Source of the DNA: an uncultured archaeon
GTDB taxonomy: Archaea; Asgardarchaeota; Thorarchaeia; Thorarchaeales; Thorarchaeaceae
Assembly (NCBI GenBank): GCA_964458565.1
Contig: CAYWJO010000013.1
Coordinates: 14,541-78,540 of the forward strand
Length of the DNA: 64,000 bases
Reading direction: 5' to 3'
Positions 37,932 through 49,800 of the stretch are shown here, one piece after another. Every line of letters starts with the position of its first letter. Positions within the stretch are counted from its first letter, which is position 1. A program made the translations under genes and the position numbers. A model generated the notes under the pieces. That model made no database searches, was not told the origin of the DNA, and saw nothing but the letters and a program-made list of their open reading frames with translations.

Positions 37932-38309
37932 ATGTCTACAACAGAAGCAGCTCCTCTTGGAGTTTCTTTGCTAGCAATCTTGAATGTAATAGTCGGTATA
38001 TTCGGCATCTTGAGTGGGATCACAATTGATTTCATTCTTGCAGGTGGCGAACTGACAATTGTTGGCTCTTATCAACTCGGAGCTTTGATAATTGGGATAT
38101 TTCAGATTATTGCTGGTTATGGTCTCTGGACATTGAAATCTTGGGCGTGGTACTTGGCAGCTTTTGTGACTTTACTTGGTCTAGTCATCAACATTTTGAT
38201 AGTGCTCTCTGAATTCGCATTATGGCAGACCTACTTACTTACAATGTTGATTCGTGTTGTAATCCTCGCATATCTGTTTAGGTCCTCGGTAAAGGCAAAG
38301 TTCAGGTAG
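37932..38309 (+). CDS. Small four-TM membrane protein
   Basis: PLGV..LAIL, GYGLW.LK.WAW and YL.R..VK..F motifs; start re-called to ATG 37932. Confidence 0.75.
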   Translation: MSTTEAAPLGVSLLAILNVIVGIFGILSGITIDFILAGGELTIVGSYQLGALIIGIFQIIAGYGLWTLKSWAWYLAAFVTLLGLVINILIVLSEFALWQTYLLTMLIRVVILAYLFRSSVKAKFR

Positions 38310-38322
38310 TAATATTGGAAAT

Positions 38323-38356
38323 GAGCCATCTGAAGGGTGGCTCTTGTTTTTCTTTG
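38323..38356 (+). terminator. Hairpin plus T-tract
   Basis: GAGCCATC / GGTGGCTC stem followed by TTGTTTTTCTTT. Confidence 0.55.
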
Positions 38357-38385
38357 TTCTGTTTATTTCTCTGATTTGAAACGAG

Positions 38386-38964
38386 TCAAATCCCAACTAT
38401 GTCGGCTTTAGACTTATCCCATCCAAATTTCTTAGCCTTCTTGAAAGCATCACTTGCATCTTCATAACGCCCTAATATCCACAGTACAATCCTCACTTGG
38501 TTCCAGTAGTTCGGATCTTTTTTTCTAGTTTCCATCTGACTTCGAAGCCCAACCTCAATGCGTTCATACCTTTGAATTTCTCTCTCGTCAATGGTCTTGG
38601 CAGCTTTCAAGACACCACGAATATACTCTCCTGGTCTATGGAACACATATGATTGAAATTCAATAGGAGTGTCTTTTAGAAATGAACTCAATGTTGCATT
38701 TGGTGTGTCTGCCTCGCGTCGTATATCCCCTTCAAGTAACCGTCTTTCATAATCTGTTTGCATGAAGCTAAGCAGTTCGTTTATTTGTGCAACGACTTCG
38801 TCATCATCACCATAGGTTTTCCTTGCTTCTTGCCATTCAGAGTATAGAACTTCTGATCCGATTGTATAGAGTGCGGTAGGAGTGAGCCTAAGTTTTTTGA
38901 CATCACTAAGAAATGTCTTAACGGTGTAGGTGTCTCTCCTGGTCAACTTCACATCCTTTGTCAT
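38386..38964 (-). CDS. Hypothetical helical protein with a C-terminal TPR-like motif
   Basis: DPNYWNQ..IVLW.LGRYEDA..AF.KA. Confidence 0.7.
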   Translation of the reverse strand: MTKDVKLTRRDTYTVKTFLSDVKKLRLTPTALYTIGSEVLYSEWQEARKTYGDDDEVVAQINELLSFMQTDYERRLLEGDIRREADTPNATLSSFLKDTPIEFQSYVFHRPGEYIRGVLKAAKTIDEREIQRYERIEVGLRSQMETRKKDPNYWNQVRIVLWILGRYEDASDAFKKAKKFGWDKSKADIVGI

Positions 38965-39199
38965 AATATATTCCCTTCAATTGTAGTGAATAAATAGATC
39001 TCCAAACAATATACGCTATAGAAGTAATTAGTGTTTTCTACCAATTTCAATCCTGCGGAACATTCCGTCATCTCATCAATTTAAGTTTTTCAAGCAAACC
39101 AAAGGTCGTATCATTGGTTGGCATAACAAACGCTTTTGGAAATATTTATAACATGACTTTATCTCAGGCACGACTATCAATTCTGGAGTCGTTAGATAA

Positions 39200-42100
39200 A
39201 TGACAAGCAGACACACCGAAGGTAAGGTACGAGACTTTGAGATGACAATAGAGGATGCTGCTCGTCTAGCTGAGTGTTTCAACTCATTTGATGATAGCGA
39301 CTCATGGCCGGGCGGCTTTACCCAAGGAAATCCATACACAGCTCAGAGAATCTTCGATGACCTTAGTAAAAGAAAGAATCTCCGGATAATCGTAGCAGTT
39401 GCAGATGATAAGATAGTGGGGCACTGTAATCTTGCATACCCCGAACGAGACCCCGAGTCTTCATACGTAGGGTTACTCGGTGTTAATCCGAACTATCAGG
39501 GGCAGGGTTATGGAAAAGCGCTCTTAATCGAGGCAGCAGAAACTGCGGCTCAATTTGACAAGAGACGTGTTGACCTACACACCTGGGGTGGGAACCTCAA
39601 AGCGGTCCCGCTCTATAAGAGAACCGGATACAATTGGGTTCCAGCAACGCGTGTGTTGATGGAATCGCATATCCCAGGAATCATCGGATGTCCACTATTC
39701 AAGGAATTCTTCGAACGCCATTACTGGTACGATGTGTTCAAGCCTGATGTAAAACAAGAAATGGATGACATTGTAGATGATGGCATTGGCGTCTTCAAGT
39801 ATCCCTTTGAGGCTGATAATGGGGATTCTCTTGAAGTTACTGTGGATCGAGAGGCTAAAGGCATCTGCGGTTTTGTGTTGACTATGGATGGAAAGACTAT
39901 TTCAGCAGATGTTAGACCGGAAAGTCACAAAGGCCACATTGGATTTGGAAAGGTGCCTGCAAAGCTTGTAATTCAAAATCAGAGTGATGAACCACTAGCC
40001 TACTCTGTTTTGATTTCGCCTGATGATAGCCTTGCAGTAGATATTGTAAGTCCCACTTCAGGTACAATCGAAGTTGGAAAAATTGTAGAGATTAAAGCTG
40101 ATTATGAAATCCTCCCAAAAACTGATCATCTGGATAGGGAATCAATAGCCGACATCAAAATAGACACTCAAGCAGAATGGTCACTAACACTTGGTGGGAA
40201 ATCAATCAATCTCTATGCTGGGATTATCCCTAATGAAGCAATTTCATTAACAATGGGTCCAAAACAGACAAGTTTTGGAATCAATGAATCCAAGAGCATT
40301 ATCCTATCTCTGAAGAATAATACTGAACGTAAACTTGAGGGCAAATTGGTACTCACTCCAAAGTCCTCAACTGAACCTGAAAATAGAGTCATGGATTTCT
40401 CTATTCCTGAAAATCGAGATAGTCACATTCCATTGACTATAAAATCTGATAATATTGATAACAGTTCCTTAATCTCATTCGAAGTTTCAATCTATGTGAG
40501 TGATGATGGTCGTGATGTGCTAGTAAACAATCGATCATTGAATTTGAGTGTAATTGGTTCAACTGGTGCACTCGTCTACGAGGATTTGGATAATCATTAC
40601 ATCTTGGAAACCGAGTCGTTCTTAGTCCGAATTATGAAGATTCCACCAATGGTGGTTGATAAAATTATTCACAAAGTATCTGGCAACCAATATGGAGGAT
40701 GGGCGTTGATGCCCCATATTGGCTATCCATTTACAAGTGGAGGGTCCGAGTGGGACCGAAAGCGATTTGATGTAACATTGAGGAATGAAGGTGAATTTGC
40801 TGAGATTGAACTTGCAGCTGACTCAATAGAACGTCCGGGTATGAGGTTTTCTATCATGTTTCGAGCATATGCGGGACGCGAATATATGACCTATTCAACG
40901 CGATTCACAAATCTTGGTACAACAACTTTGAAAGATATGGGTATCAGAGTTGGTGGATGGATGGCCTTCTATTTTGATCAGATGCACATCCCGTTAAATA
41001 ATGAAATATACCGACTTAATTCGTGTGATTGGCATGGATACAGGCAAATTCCCAAGTCACCTGAATATTATCATGAGGGATGGAGTGCAATGACTCAAGC
41101 TGATGGTAGTATGTGTATTGGTTACATCTGGAATCAGGAATGTCTAAAGGAAATCATTCCAAAGCGGTCTTGGGGAATCTCCACCTTCGAGTATACGCTA
41201 CCCGATCTTGCTCCAGGTGATATCCACGAACAGAAAATATTCAACCTTATGATAGGTCATGGTGATTGGAAGAAGGTGCATGCATTGTGGGCGAGATTGA
41301 ATGGGCTCTCTCTCGATAACGAAGAACCGAGAGATATCCGTTCTGATTTAGAAATGGAACTTGTTCGCGCAAAAGACCGAGATGGAACAATCCTTGGGTC
41401 GCCTGTCTTGCTTGACCGAAGTACTGAAAATGAACTTGAAGTTCGAGTACGAGTCCTTTCCGAAGAACCGATGTCTGGTGATATAGTGCTGAGGTTGCCA
41501 AATGGTCTAACCTCAGAAGGCAGTAAAGAGATTCAAATCAAGGCAGAGGACATATCCATCAAATCGTCTTTCAAGAAGCCAATTATGGTTACAGTTGAGG
41601 CTACAGACGATTGGATTCTCACAGGTGGTGAGATGAAGTTTATTGGTGGTAGTAGGATCGACACAATTCCCATTACAGCTATATTATACGATTCCAAGGT
41701 AGATGTTGAGAAGCAGACTGAACCTATCCAAGGTTTGGAATTACGCACTCTCATAAGTGGTAGATCTAGAATTGCAGTTTCTGCTGACTACGCAGGCACT
41801 CTTACTAAATTTGGACCTGTTGGGGAAGAGAGCTACTTCTATGATACTTTCCCGGAAGCCAAACCGTATATCTGGTGGGATAAGCACTACAGTGGAGTAA
41901 TGCCTGTAATCTGGTCTACAGATGTCTGGGACTGGGAATCGGGTCTCTCCAAAGAGAAATGGTCTATGCAAGAAACCACTTCTGGGAACTGGAAGGGATA
42001 TGAGTTAAGATCAACTCTTGAACATTCGATAAAGCTTCAAGGTGTCGAAACAATAGTTCGTTTCTTGCAGTTAAACGATGCTCCTGCAGTTTATTCTGAA

Positions 42101-42505
42101 ATAAGAGCAGTAAACAAGACACCACAGTGGAAGGAGTTGTATCTCGGATTTAGGGGATCACCACGTCTGAACGGAAAATCACAGAGTTGGATTCACAGTA
42201 TAGCAAATGGTACGCCTGTTGATTACCAACCTACAGACAGTGAAGCTGATGTTCGTGTCAGTCCAGATGCTGGGTGGGCAGCCTTTAGAGAACCCGAAAG
42301 CGGAATGGTGTTGGGAGTTGTTTCGACCTGTCATTCTGGGTTGGGTATCTCTGCTGACAATCTAGGTGCCAATGCGCAAATGATTTGGGTAAGAGAGCGA
42401 AGATTGATACCTCCTAATGCGGAAACCAGGCTCTCATGTTACTACCTTGCAGCCCCCTCTGTAGAAAGCGTGCGCTATTCAAGAGGGCTTCCAGCTTTGG
42501 ACTAA
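39200..42505 (+). CDS. Large protein with N-terminal GNAT acetyltransferase and C-terminal beta-rich domains
   Basis: V.P.YQGQGYGKAL and N.KA..LYKR.G acetyl-CoA-binding motifs. Confidence 0.8.
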   Translation: MTSRHTEGKVRDFEMTIEDAARLAECFNSFDDSDSWPGGFTQGNPYTAQRIFDDLSKRKNLRIIVAVADDKIVGHCNLAYPERDPESSYVGLLGVNPNYQGQGYGKALLIEAAETAAQFDKRRVDLHTWGGNLKAVPLYKRTGYNWVPATRVLMESHIPGIIGCPLFKEFFERHYWYDVFKPDVKQEMDDIVDDGIGVFKYPFEADNGDSLEVTVDREAKGICGFVLTMDGKTISADVRPESHKGHIGFGKVPAKLVIQNQSDEPLAYSVLISPDDSLAVDIVSPTSGTIEVGKIVEIKADYEILPKTDHLDRESIADIKIDTQAEWSLTLGGKSINLYAGIIPNEAISLTMGPKQTSFGINESKSIILSLKNNTERKLEGKLVLTPKSSTEPENRVMDFSIPENRDSHIPLTIKSDNIDNSSLISFEVSIYVSDDGRDVLVNNRSLNLSVIGSTGALVYEDLDNHYILETESFLVRIMKIPPMVVDKIIHKVSGNQYGGWALMPHIGYPFTSGGSEWDRKRFDVTLRNEGEFAEIELAADSIERPGMRFSIMFRAYAGREYMTYSTRFTNLGTTTLKDMGIRVGGWMAFYFDQMHIPLNNEIYRLNSCDWHGYRQIPKSPEYYHEGWSAMTQADGSMCIGYIWNQECLKEIIPKRSWGISTFEYTLPDLAPGDIHEQKIFNLMIGHGDWKKVHALWARLNGLSLDNEEPRDIRSDLEMELVRAKDRDGTILGSPVLLDRSTENELEVRVRVLSEEPMSGDIVLRLPNGLTSEGSKEIQIKAEDISIKSSFKKPIMVTVEATDDWILTGGEMKFIGGSRIDTIPITAILYDSKVDVEKQTEPIQGLELRTLISGRSRIAVSADYAGTLTKFGPVGEESYFYDTFPEAKPYIWWDKHYSGVMPVIWSTDVWDWESGLSKEKWSMQETTSGNWKGYELRSTLEHSIKLQGVETIVRFLQLNDAPAVYSEIRAVNKTPQWKELYLGFRGSPRLNGKSQSWIHSIANGTPVDYQPTDSEADVRVSPDAGWAAFREPESGMVLGVVSTCHSGLGISADNLGANAQMIWVRERRLIPPNAETRLSCYYLAAPSVESVRYSRGLPALD

Positions 42506-42527
42506 TTGAAAATGTAGGGATGCAATG

Positions 42528-43784
42528 TTACCCAAGTCGTTTGGTTCTAGCATTGCATTCAGCAGCTTTTGTTACGTCTCCCATCTCATCGTACAGCCCT
42601 GCTGCTACTTGCCACGTTCGCTTTGCTTCAGCTTTTCTATCTAGTTTTTCTAGAATCAGAGCTCGATAATAGAGATGATTTGGATTGCCTGGGTCTGTTG
42701 AAAACGCTTTATCAAAATCGTCTAGGGCGTCCTCATATCTCTCGAGTGAAAAATAGAGTCTTCCGCGTCGGTGAGCTACCTCCGCATTTCCTGGGTCAAG
42801 TGCTAATGCGGTATTGAAGTATTCAAGAGCTGTGTCTTGCTCATTCATGAGGAGCATTACTCCTCCACATTTTACCCATGCTTCAATATTCTCTGGGTCC
42901 GCATTGATTGCTTTGTGATATGCATCAGAAGCTTCCTTGTACGATTTCATTACCCTGTGTGTATCACCTTTTCTAATCCAGAGTACAGGGTCTTCCCCTC
43001 TGAGCGTAACCGCGATTTCAAAATGATTGAGGGCATCAATATACAAGGATGCTTTGTAATAAATGTCCCCAAGCAGTTGATGGGCATAGGGTTGTTCAGA
43101 ATCAATCTGTAATAGTGTTTCCAACGCATGTATTGCCAGATCTTGCTGACCTAGCTTCATGTGAAGTCTTCCAAGTTCCATCATAGCAGGTACGAAACGC
43201 TGATTCACTGAAAGTGAGTTTTGAACCCATGATATCGCTCCTCTAAGGTTACCCTGAGCTTCAAAATAAAGTCCCTTGACAAGAAGCGCTCGTTCATAGT
43301 TTGGTCGAATTCTTAGTGCTTCCTCAACATTTTTCCAACAATTGTCCAGATTTCCAAGTTTTAATTCAGCTCTAGAAAGATATGTTAATGCATCCACATT
43401 ATCAGATTCTATAGCCAATGCACTACCAAAACAAGATATCGCATCCTTCGGCTCTCCCCCTAGCAGGTATGCGAGACCCATGTGAACCCAACCTGCTACT
43501 TGATCACTGTCAAGACCAAGTGTAATCTCGTAGAGTATGATTGAACGACCATAGCTGCTCTCACTCAGGTGGATGTTTGCCAGACGGAGTATCAGCTCAG
43601 GAACTCTTGGATCGTGCTTGAGGACTTCAAGTCCTCTTTGTAGTTCAACCTCTAACTGTTCAAGCTCTCTCCTCTCTCTCGACTTGAGTGTAGCAGGATG
43701 GATGTCTTCAGGACGTATCTCATCCTTAACACCTACCGAATCGAGCTTGGATAAGATTGCTGTCAGGAGTTCCTCTTTCTCCAT
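42528..43784 (-). CDS. TPR-repeat protein (about 10 TPRs)
   Basis: Canonical 34-aa repeats such as LWIRKGD....KSY.EA..AY.KAI..DP.N. Confidence 0.9.
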   Translation of the reverse strand: MEKEELLTAILSKLDSVGVKDEIRPEDIHPATLKSRERRELEQLEVELQRGLEVLKHDPRVPELILRLANIHLSESSYGRSIILYEITLGLDSDQVAGWVHMGLAYLLGGEPKDAISCFGSALAIESDNVDALTYLSRAELKLGNLDNCWKNVEEALRIRPNYERALLVKGLYFEAQGNLRGAISWVQNSLSVNQRFVPAMMELGRLHMKLGQQDLAIHALETLLQIDSEQPYAHQLLGDIYYKASLYIDALNHFEIAVTLRGEDPVLWIRKGDTHRVMKSYKEASDAYHKAINADPENIEAWVKCGGVMLLMNEQDTALEYFNTALALDPGNAEVAHRRGRLYFSLERYEDALDDFDKAFSTDPGNPNHLYYRALILEKLDRKAEAKRTWQVAAGLYDEMGDVTKAAECNARTKRLG

Positions 43785-43882
43785 CTTACTCTAAACCATT
43801 GTATTGTTAGAAAAAAGTCCTCATTTTCTCTTAAGAATATTAGCGAAGGGGGATTTTACGGCAGGTTCACTGGATAATCCCC

Positions 43883-46800
43883 CTATGCTACGATTCTCAC
43901 AGGTTTCAGGTTCACTATCTTGTGTTCACCCTCGATATTGTCATACTCCAACATTCCCACGAGCTCACCCTCTGCGCCAGGTTGTAGTTCAAACATAATC
44001 TCAACAACCGAGAGCCCTCCTGCATCCACCAGACCAATGTTCTCACTCTTGATGGTATCTGTTAGGTCTGGAACACCGAGGGTAACTTGCACGTTCTGCA
44101 TTGCATTCACTGAACCATTTCGAATGACTACACCAAAGATCACCTTTCCTTCACGAATCTTGTATTCGACTGCAATATCCATGCCCGATTCTAATCCTGG
44201 GCTTGCTGGTTCTGCTCCTGTCACGTACTCTCTAGTGGCCATACGCACGCGTATACGTTTGTACACAATAGCACCTAGGAATGCGAGGATTGCGAAACCC
44301 GCCGCTGGGAATATCCAATGCACTGTTGGTTGAAAGTCCATTCCGTCTATGAGGAAATCACCATCGGTGTCTGCTATTAGGGGATTGCTGCCAACAATGA
44401 ATATCTCTGTGTAATCATCTAAACCATCGAGATCAGTATCAGAACTATTTGCCAAAGTTCCGTAAGTAAGATACTCTCTACCATCGATTATGCCATCACT
44501 ATCGGTATCATTGTTATTTGCATCAGTTCCAAGAACAAATAGTTCGAAGTAATCGTCCAAGAGGTCATCATCCGTATCTTCTAGAATAGGGCTAGTTGTA
44601 CCATCAATCTCTTCTAGATCTGATAGTCCGTCACCATCAGTGTCGCTATTATTGATATCAGTTCCATAGACCATTACTTCATCGTAGTCTAAGACCCCAT
44701 CACTATCACTGTCATTTGATGATGCGTTGGAGAAGTACAAGAATATCTCATCATAATCTCCTAGGTTATCGGAATCAGTGTCATCTGTTATCGGTGAGGT
44801 ATGGTATGTGTCCACTTCTGTACCGTCAAGAATACCGTCCATGTCAGAATCCGGATTCAATGGGTTTGAACCCCATTCAATCTCTTGACCATCCAGAAGA
44901 TCATCATTATCACTGTCCTTATCGTCTGGACTTGTGCCATAGGTTCTGAGTTCCTCAAGATTTCCTAACCCGTCTGAATCAGAGTCCCATAAAGAGTCGA
45001 GAATCAAAGTCCCATTAGGAGCTGAGAAGGTGCGTTGTCTCGTAGGGTTAGTGCCTGTGAGTTCAACTTCCTCCCAATCTGTCAATTGGTCCGCATCAGT
45101 ATCAACGTTCGTCGCATTAGAGCCAAGGTCGTTAATTTCACGTCCATCGTTCAGACCATCGAGGTCCGTATCTTCAGCAAGAGGGTCTGTCCCGTATTCC
45201 ATAATCTCGTCATAATCATTAACATCATCTGAATCTGTGTCTTCCTCAAGTGGATTAGTCCCATAGACGTGAACCTCTTCATCATTGGTCAGTTCATCGC
45301 CATCCTCATCGTCATTCAGGTCGGATACTCCATCGTCATCCGAATCTTTGTCTCGAGGGTCAGTTTCAGTAAGGACACATTCCTCATAGTTCGTGAGTAG
45401 GTCTCTATCCTCATCATCCAGACCATCAATCACCCCATCTCCATCTGAATCTGCTAGTGTTGCATTTGTCTTTGTGAGAACAATCTCCTGATAGTTGGAG
45501 AGGAAGTCATTGTCCTGGTCCCAATCTGCATCAGAGACCCCATTACCTTGAGTGCTGTAGAGGCGTGGGTTTGTATGAGTCTGATTTACCTCTTGGAAAT
45601 CTGTGAGATCATCTCCATCTGAATCTTTTTTGAGCGGGAGTGTGTTAAGCGCTATCTCCTGTCCATCTAGGAGTAAATCTCCGTCTGAATCCTCCTCAAG
45701 CGGGTCTGTATTGTAGAAATTAAGTTCATCTCCATCACTCAGCCCATCGTAATCAGTATCATTGTTGAGTGCATTGGTTTCAAAGACCTTGATTTCATCA
45801 TAATCGCTTACGTCATCATTATCAGTATCTGTACTGTTCAAGAAGGTGTGGAACGTGTAGGCTTCTTCACCGTCTTCTAATAAATCTCCATCAGTGTCTC
45901 TTTCATTTGGATTACTAAAGAAGTAAAATAGCTCATCCCAATCGCTAATGGTGTCCTCATCAGTATCCCAGAGAGTTGGATCCGTATCGGAGATGTGCAC
46001 CTCGTAATAGTCTGATAGCCAATCCCCATCTGTATCAATGAGTGTGCAGTTTGTTTCATAGCGATAGGTTTCATTGAAGTTGCTTAGTCCGTCTCCGTCC
46101 TCATCATCTAACCAATCCGGGATGGAATCTCCGTCTGTATCGTATAGGTTAGGATCCGTGTGACTGTTCCATAACTCATCATTGTCTGCTAGAAAGTCGT
46201 CATCAGTATCCTCATCGATTGGTGAAGTGTTATAGATGTATATCTCATCGTAATCGTTAAGATTATCAAAGTCAGAATCTGGATTCTCCGGATCTGTCCC
46301 CTCCTCAATCTCTTCTTTGTCATTCAGTCCATCATCGTCTGAATCGCTATCTAGTGGGTCTGTGTCGTAGATTCTCCATTCTTCGTAATCACTCAATCCA
46401 TCACCATCAGTGTCATTGTTTAGAGGATCTGTGCCTAAATCCAATTCTCTTCCATCATTGATGAAATCTGAGTCAGTATCCGCTTTAGTTGGGTCTGTGC
46501 CATAGTCATTCACCTCTTGCCCATCTTCGAGGAGGTCTCCATCTGTATCCCAATCTGTTGGTGAGGTGAGAGATACATATACCTCATAATAATCATCTAA
46601 TCCGTCTGAATCAGAATCAGTACCTGTCGGATCGCTGTGCCAAATCCAATACTCATCATAATCATTGACGCCATCATCGTCTGTATCCTGATCGAGCGGC
46701 GAGGAACCACATACGTTTACTTCTAGACCGTCTCCGAGTTCGTCACCGTCAGAATCCCACCACGTTACATTAGTCAGCCATCCGTAAATCTCAAGGCCAT

Positions 46801-49800
46801 CTGAGAGATTATCTCCATCAAAGTCCAGATCATAATCAGAAGTCCCATTCAAATAAGTACTGTATCTGCTTGCGTTATACCCTAGCAGGTCTATCTCATA
46901 GTTATCATGCAGCAAATCGAGGTCAGTATCCATTCTAGTTGGGTCTGTTCTCTCCTCCCATTCTTCAAAGTCTGTGAGAGTATCTCCATCTGTGTCTGTT
47001 TTGTTCGGCATTGTTGTTACCCACACAGTCTGGAGACCAGTTGGACCAAGGTATTGTACCTGCCACCCAGCTACCTCGAATCCATCACTGAGATTATCGT
47101 CATCAGAATCCATATCTCCAGGTGATGTATCATAAATGTCAATTTCTTCACCATTTGATAATCCGTCCCCATCAGAATCGTAGTCATAGTCGAGGAACGG
47201 TGAGTAGGTCATGTTTGTTGTTGGATCAGTTTCAGTGATCTCCACTTCTGTGTAATCATCTAGACCATCTGAATCAGTGTCTTTGAGAAGTGGGTTCGAG
47301 CCGTGGTCATTCACTTCAGGTCCATCCATAAGCCCATCGCCATCAGTATCTGGATCTAGAGGATCTGTACCCCAAACTAGTACTTCTAGTCCGTCAAGCA
47401 ACTCATCAGAGTCGGTATCATCATTATTCGGATCGGTTTCACCAATGTCAATGATTCCGTCTGCATCGATGTCCTCACCGTATTCAGAGGGATCATAGAT
47501 ACCGTTGACAGTTGTATCATGCCATCCATCATAGAGCCCATCCTCATCAGTATCGACATTTGTTGCATTGAGCCCCATCTGAATCTCAAGTCCATCGCGA
47601 ATCATATCCCCATCTGTGTCTCGATTTGTAGGATCTGTGTGATAGGTCCGTATCTCATCCACATTTGAGAGGCCATCGTTGTCACGATCGTCATCAGCAT
47701 CTAGGATTCCATCATCATCAGAATCTGCATCCAGCGCATCAGTGCCGACCTCGTTGATTTCCTCCCCATCAGTCAAACCATCTGCGTCAGTATCTGCTAC
47801 CTGAGGATCGGTTCCTGCAAGGAACTCGCCCTGATTATTCAAGTCATCTGCGTCAGGGTCCTCTTCCCAGTCAAAGTCACCATTATCATTGGTATCATTA
47901 TAGAGCGGGTCGGTCTCGGACTCGAAGATCTCAAACCAGTTAGGCAATTTGTCTCCGTCTGAGTCATAGTTGTAGTCATCAGGTTCTGTTATACCATGTG
48001 AGAAGGCATTGAGTGGGTCCGTTTCTGTGATGTAGAGCTCGATACCATTGCTCAAGTCATCATTATCGAAATCCTCATCATAATCGCTTATTGAGTCATC
48101 ATCAGTATCATCATCATTAGGGGAAGTTCCTAAGACAAGCCATTCATCCCCATCTTTGACACCATCATCATCAGAATCAGGGTCTCTTGGTAAAGTCAAT
48201 GTAACGTGTATCTCATCATAATTGATGATTCCATCAAGGTCGGAGTCTTCAATATCGTCATTGGTTCCATCAAGATCCGAATCCGCCTCTGCTGGATTGG
48301 TCCTGGTGAGATAAATTTCCTCACCATTTGTTAAATTATCTGAATCATAATCCCAAATGTAATCATTGGTGGTATTTGTAGGATCGAATGTATACGCGTC
48401 TGTTGGGTCAAATAGAGGCAGTCTGTTGATCTCATCCTTATCGAAGATTCCATCGCCATCAGTATCCTTGAGATTTGGATTGGTATGATATTGGAGAACC
48501 TCAAGTCCATCTGAAACACCATCTTTGTCAGTGTCACTCAGGGTTGCGTTTGTACCGATGGTCATGATCTCATCATAATCAGAAAGATTGTCAAGATCAG
48601 TATCGTTTGAATTCGGGTCTGTCTTCCAAACCTTTACTTCAGGACCATCTAAGAGGCCATCAAAATCGCTATCATTGTAAGTCGCATTAGTATAGTACAC
48701 ATTGATCTCATCTGCATCATTGAGCCCGTCAGAGTCTGTGTCCTTCAAGTTAACATTTGTCCCATAAATGACATACTCATCGTAATCACTGAGAGTATCC
48801 TCATCAGAATCAGCAAGTCGTGGATTCGAACCAACAATCATAACTTCTTCGTAATCGCTGAGCTGATCATTATCTGTATCCGAGTCAGTTGGCGAGGTCT
48901 TGTAAATTTTAACCTCCGCCCCATCAAGCAATAGGTCGTCATCGGAATCGGGGTCATGAACATCACTTCCAACGCTTATCTCCTTCCAGTTCGCGAGGTT
49001 GTCTCCGTCCTCATCGTCATAATAGTCTGTGACGCCGTTATTATTCGTGTCAACGTCATTCGGGTCGGTCTCAGTGATTCTGACCTCTTGCAGATTTGTC
49101 AGGCCATCTCCATCATTATCATCCTGTCCATCATCGATGCCATTGTCATCCGAATCTGCAACAAGTGGATCTGTGAGTGTGATATTGTTCTCTTCGTAGT
49201 CTGTGAGAACATCTTGATCTGTATCTTCATTGTTAGGATCTGTCCCGAGAAAGACCTCTTGCCAGTCTGTGAGGTCATCATTGTCGCTGTCAACATCATT
49301 GGGATCAGTTCCGTAAGTTTTGACCTCTGCAAAGTCTGACAGCTTATCATCATCGGAATCTTTGTCTAATGGGTCTGTTCCATAAGTAAGAATTTCTTCC
49401 CCGTCACTAAGCCGGTCTCGGTCGGTGTCAAAGTCATTGTAGAGGGTTCCCTCAAGTAGAATCTCCCGTGCATCAGCAAGTCCATCTTTGTCAAAGTCCT
49501 GTCCATATGCAACTATACCTCCAGCATCACTACCTGCGATGAATTCGTACTTCCCGTTATTATCGAGGTCTCCCACTGTCAACGTACCGGAGAACTGTGC
49601 GAGATTTGTGGTTGATACGAAAGCTCCTGCAGCATCATAAAGTGAAAATGAACCCTGTATACCAACAAGGATGTCAGGGGTTGTTGTACCTCCAATATCT
49701 TGGAACAGGACCGTGTAAACCTGCGAGCCTAGTGTTTTATTCCAGAGTGAGTGGCCCGTGGCATTGATGAGATGAAGACTTCCTGCCTGTGTTCCAACAG

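Noticed and set aside
37642-38309. RHH gene as the antitoxin of a toxin-antitoxin pair
   Set aside because: No PIN/RelE/MazF-like ORF adjacent on the same strand.
44336-49498. Long repetitive DNA as a possible CRISPR array or satellite
   Set aside because: The repeats are degenerate at DNA level and in frame within one ORF; there is no identical repeat with unique spacers.
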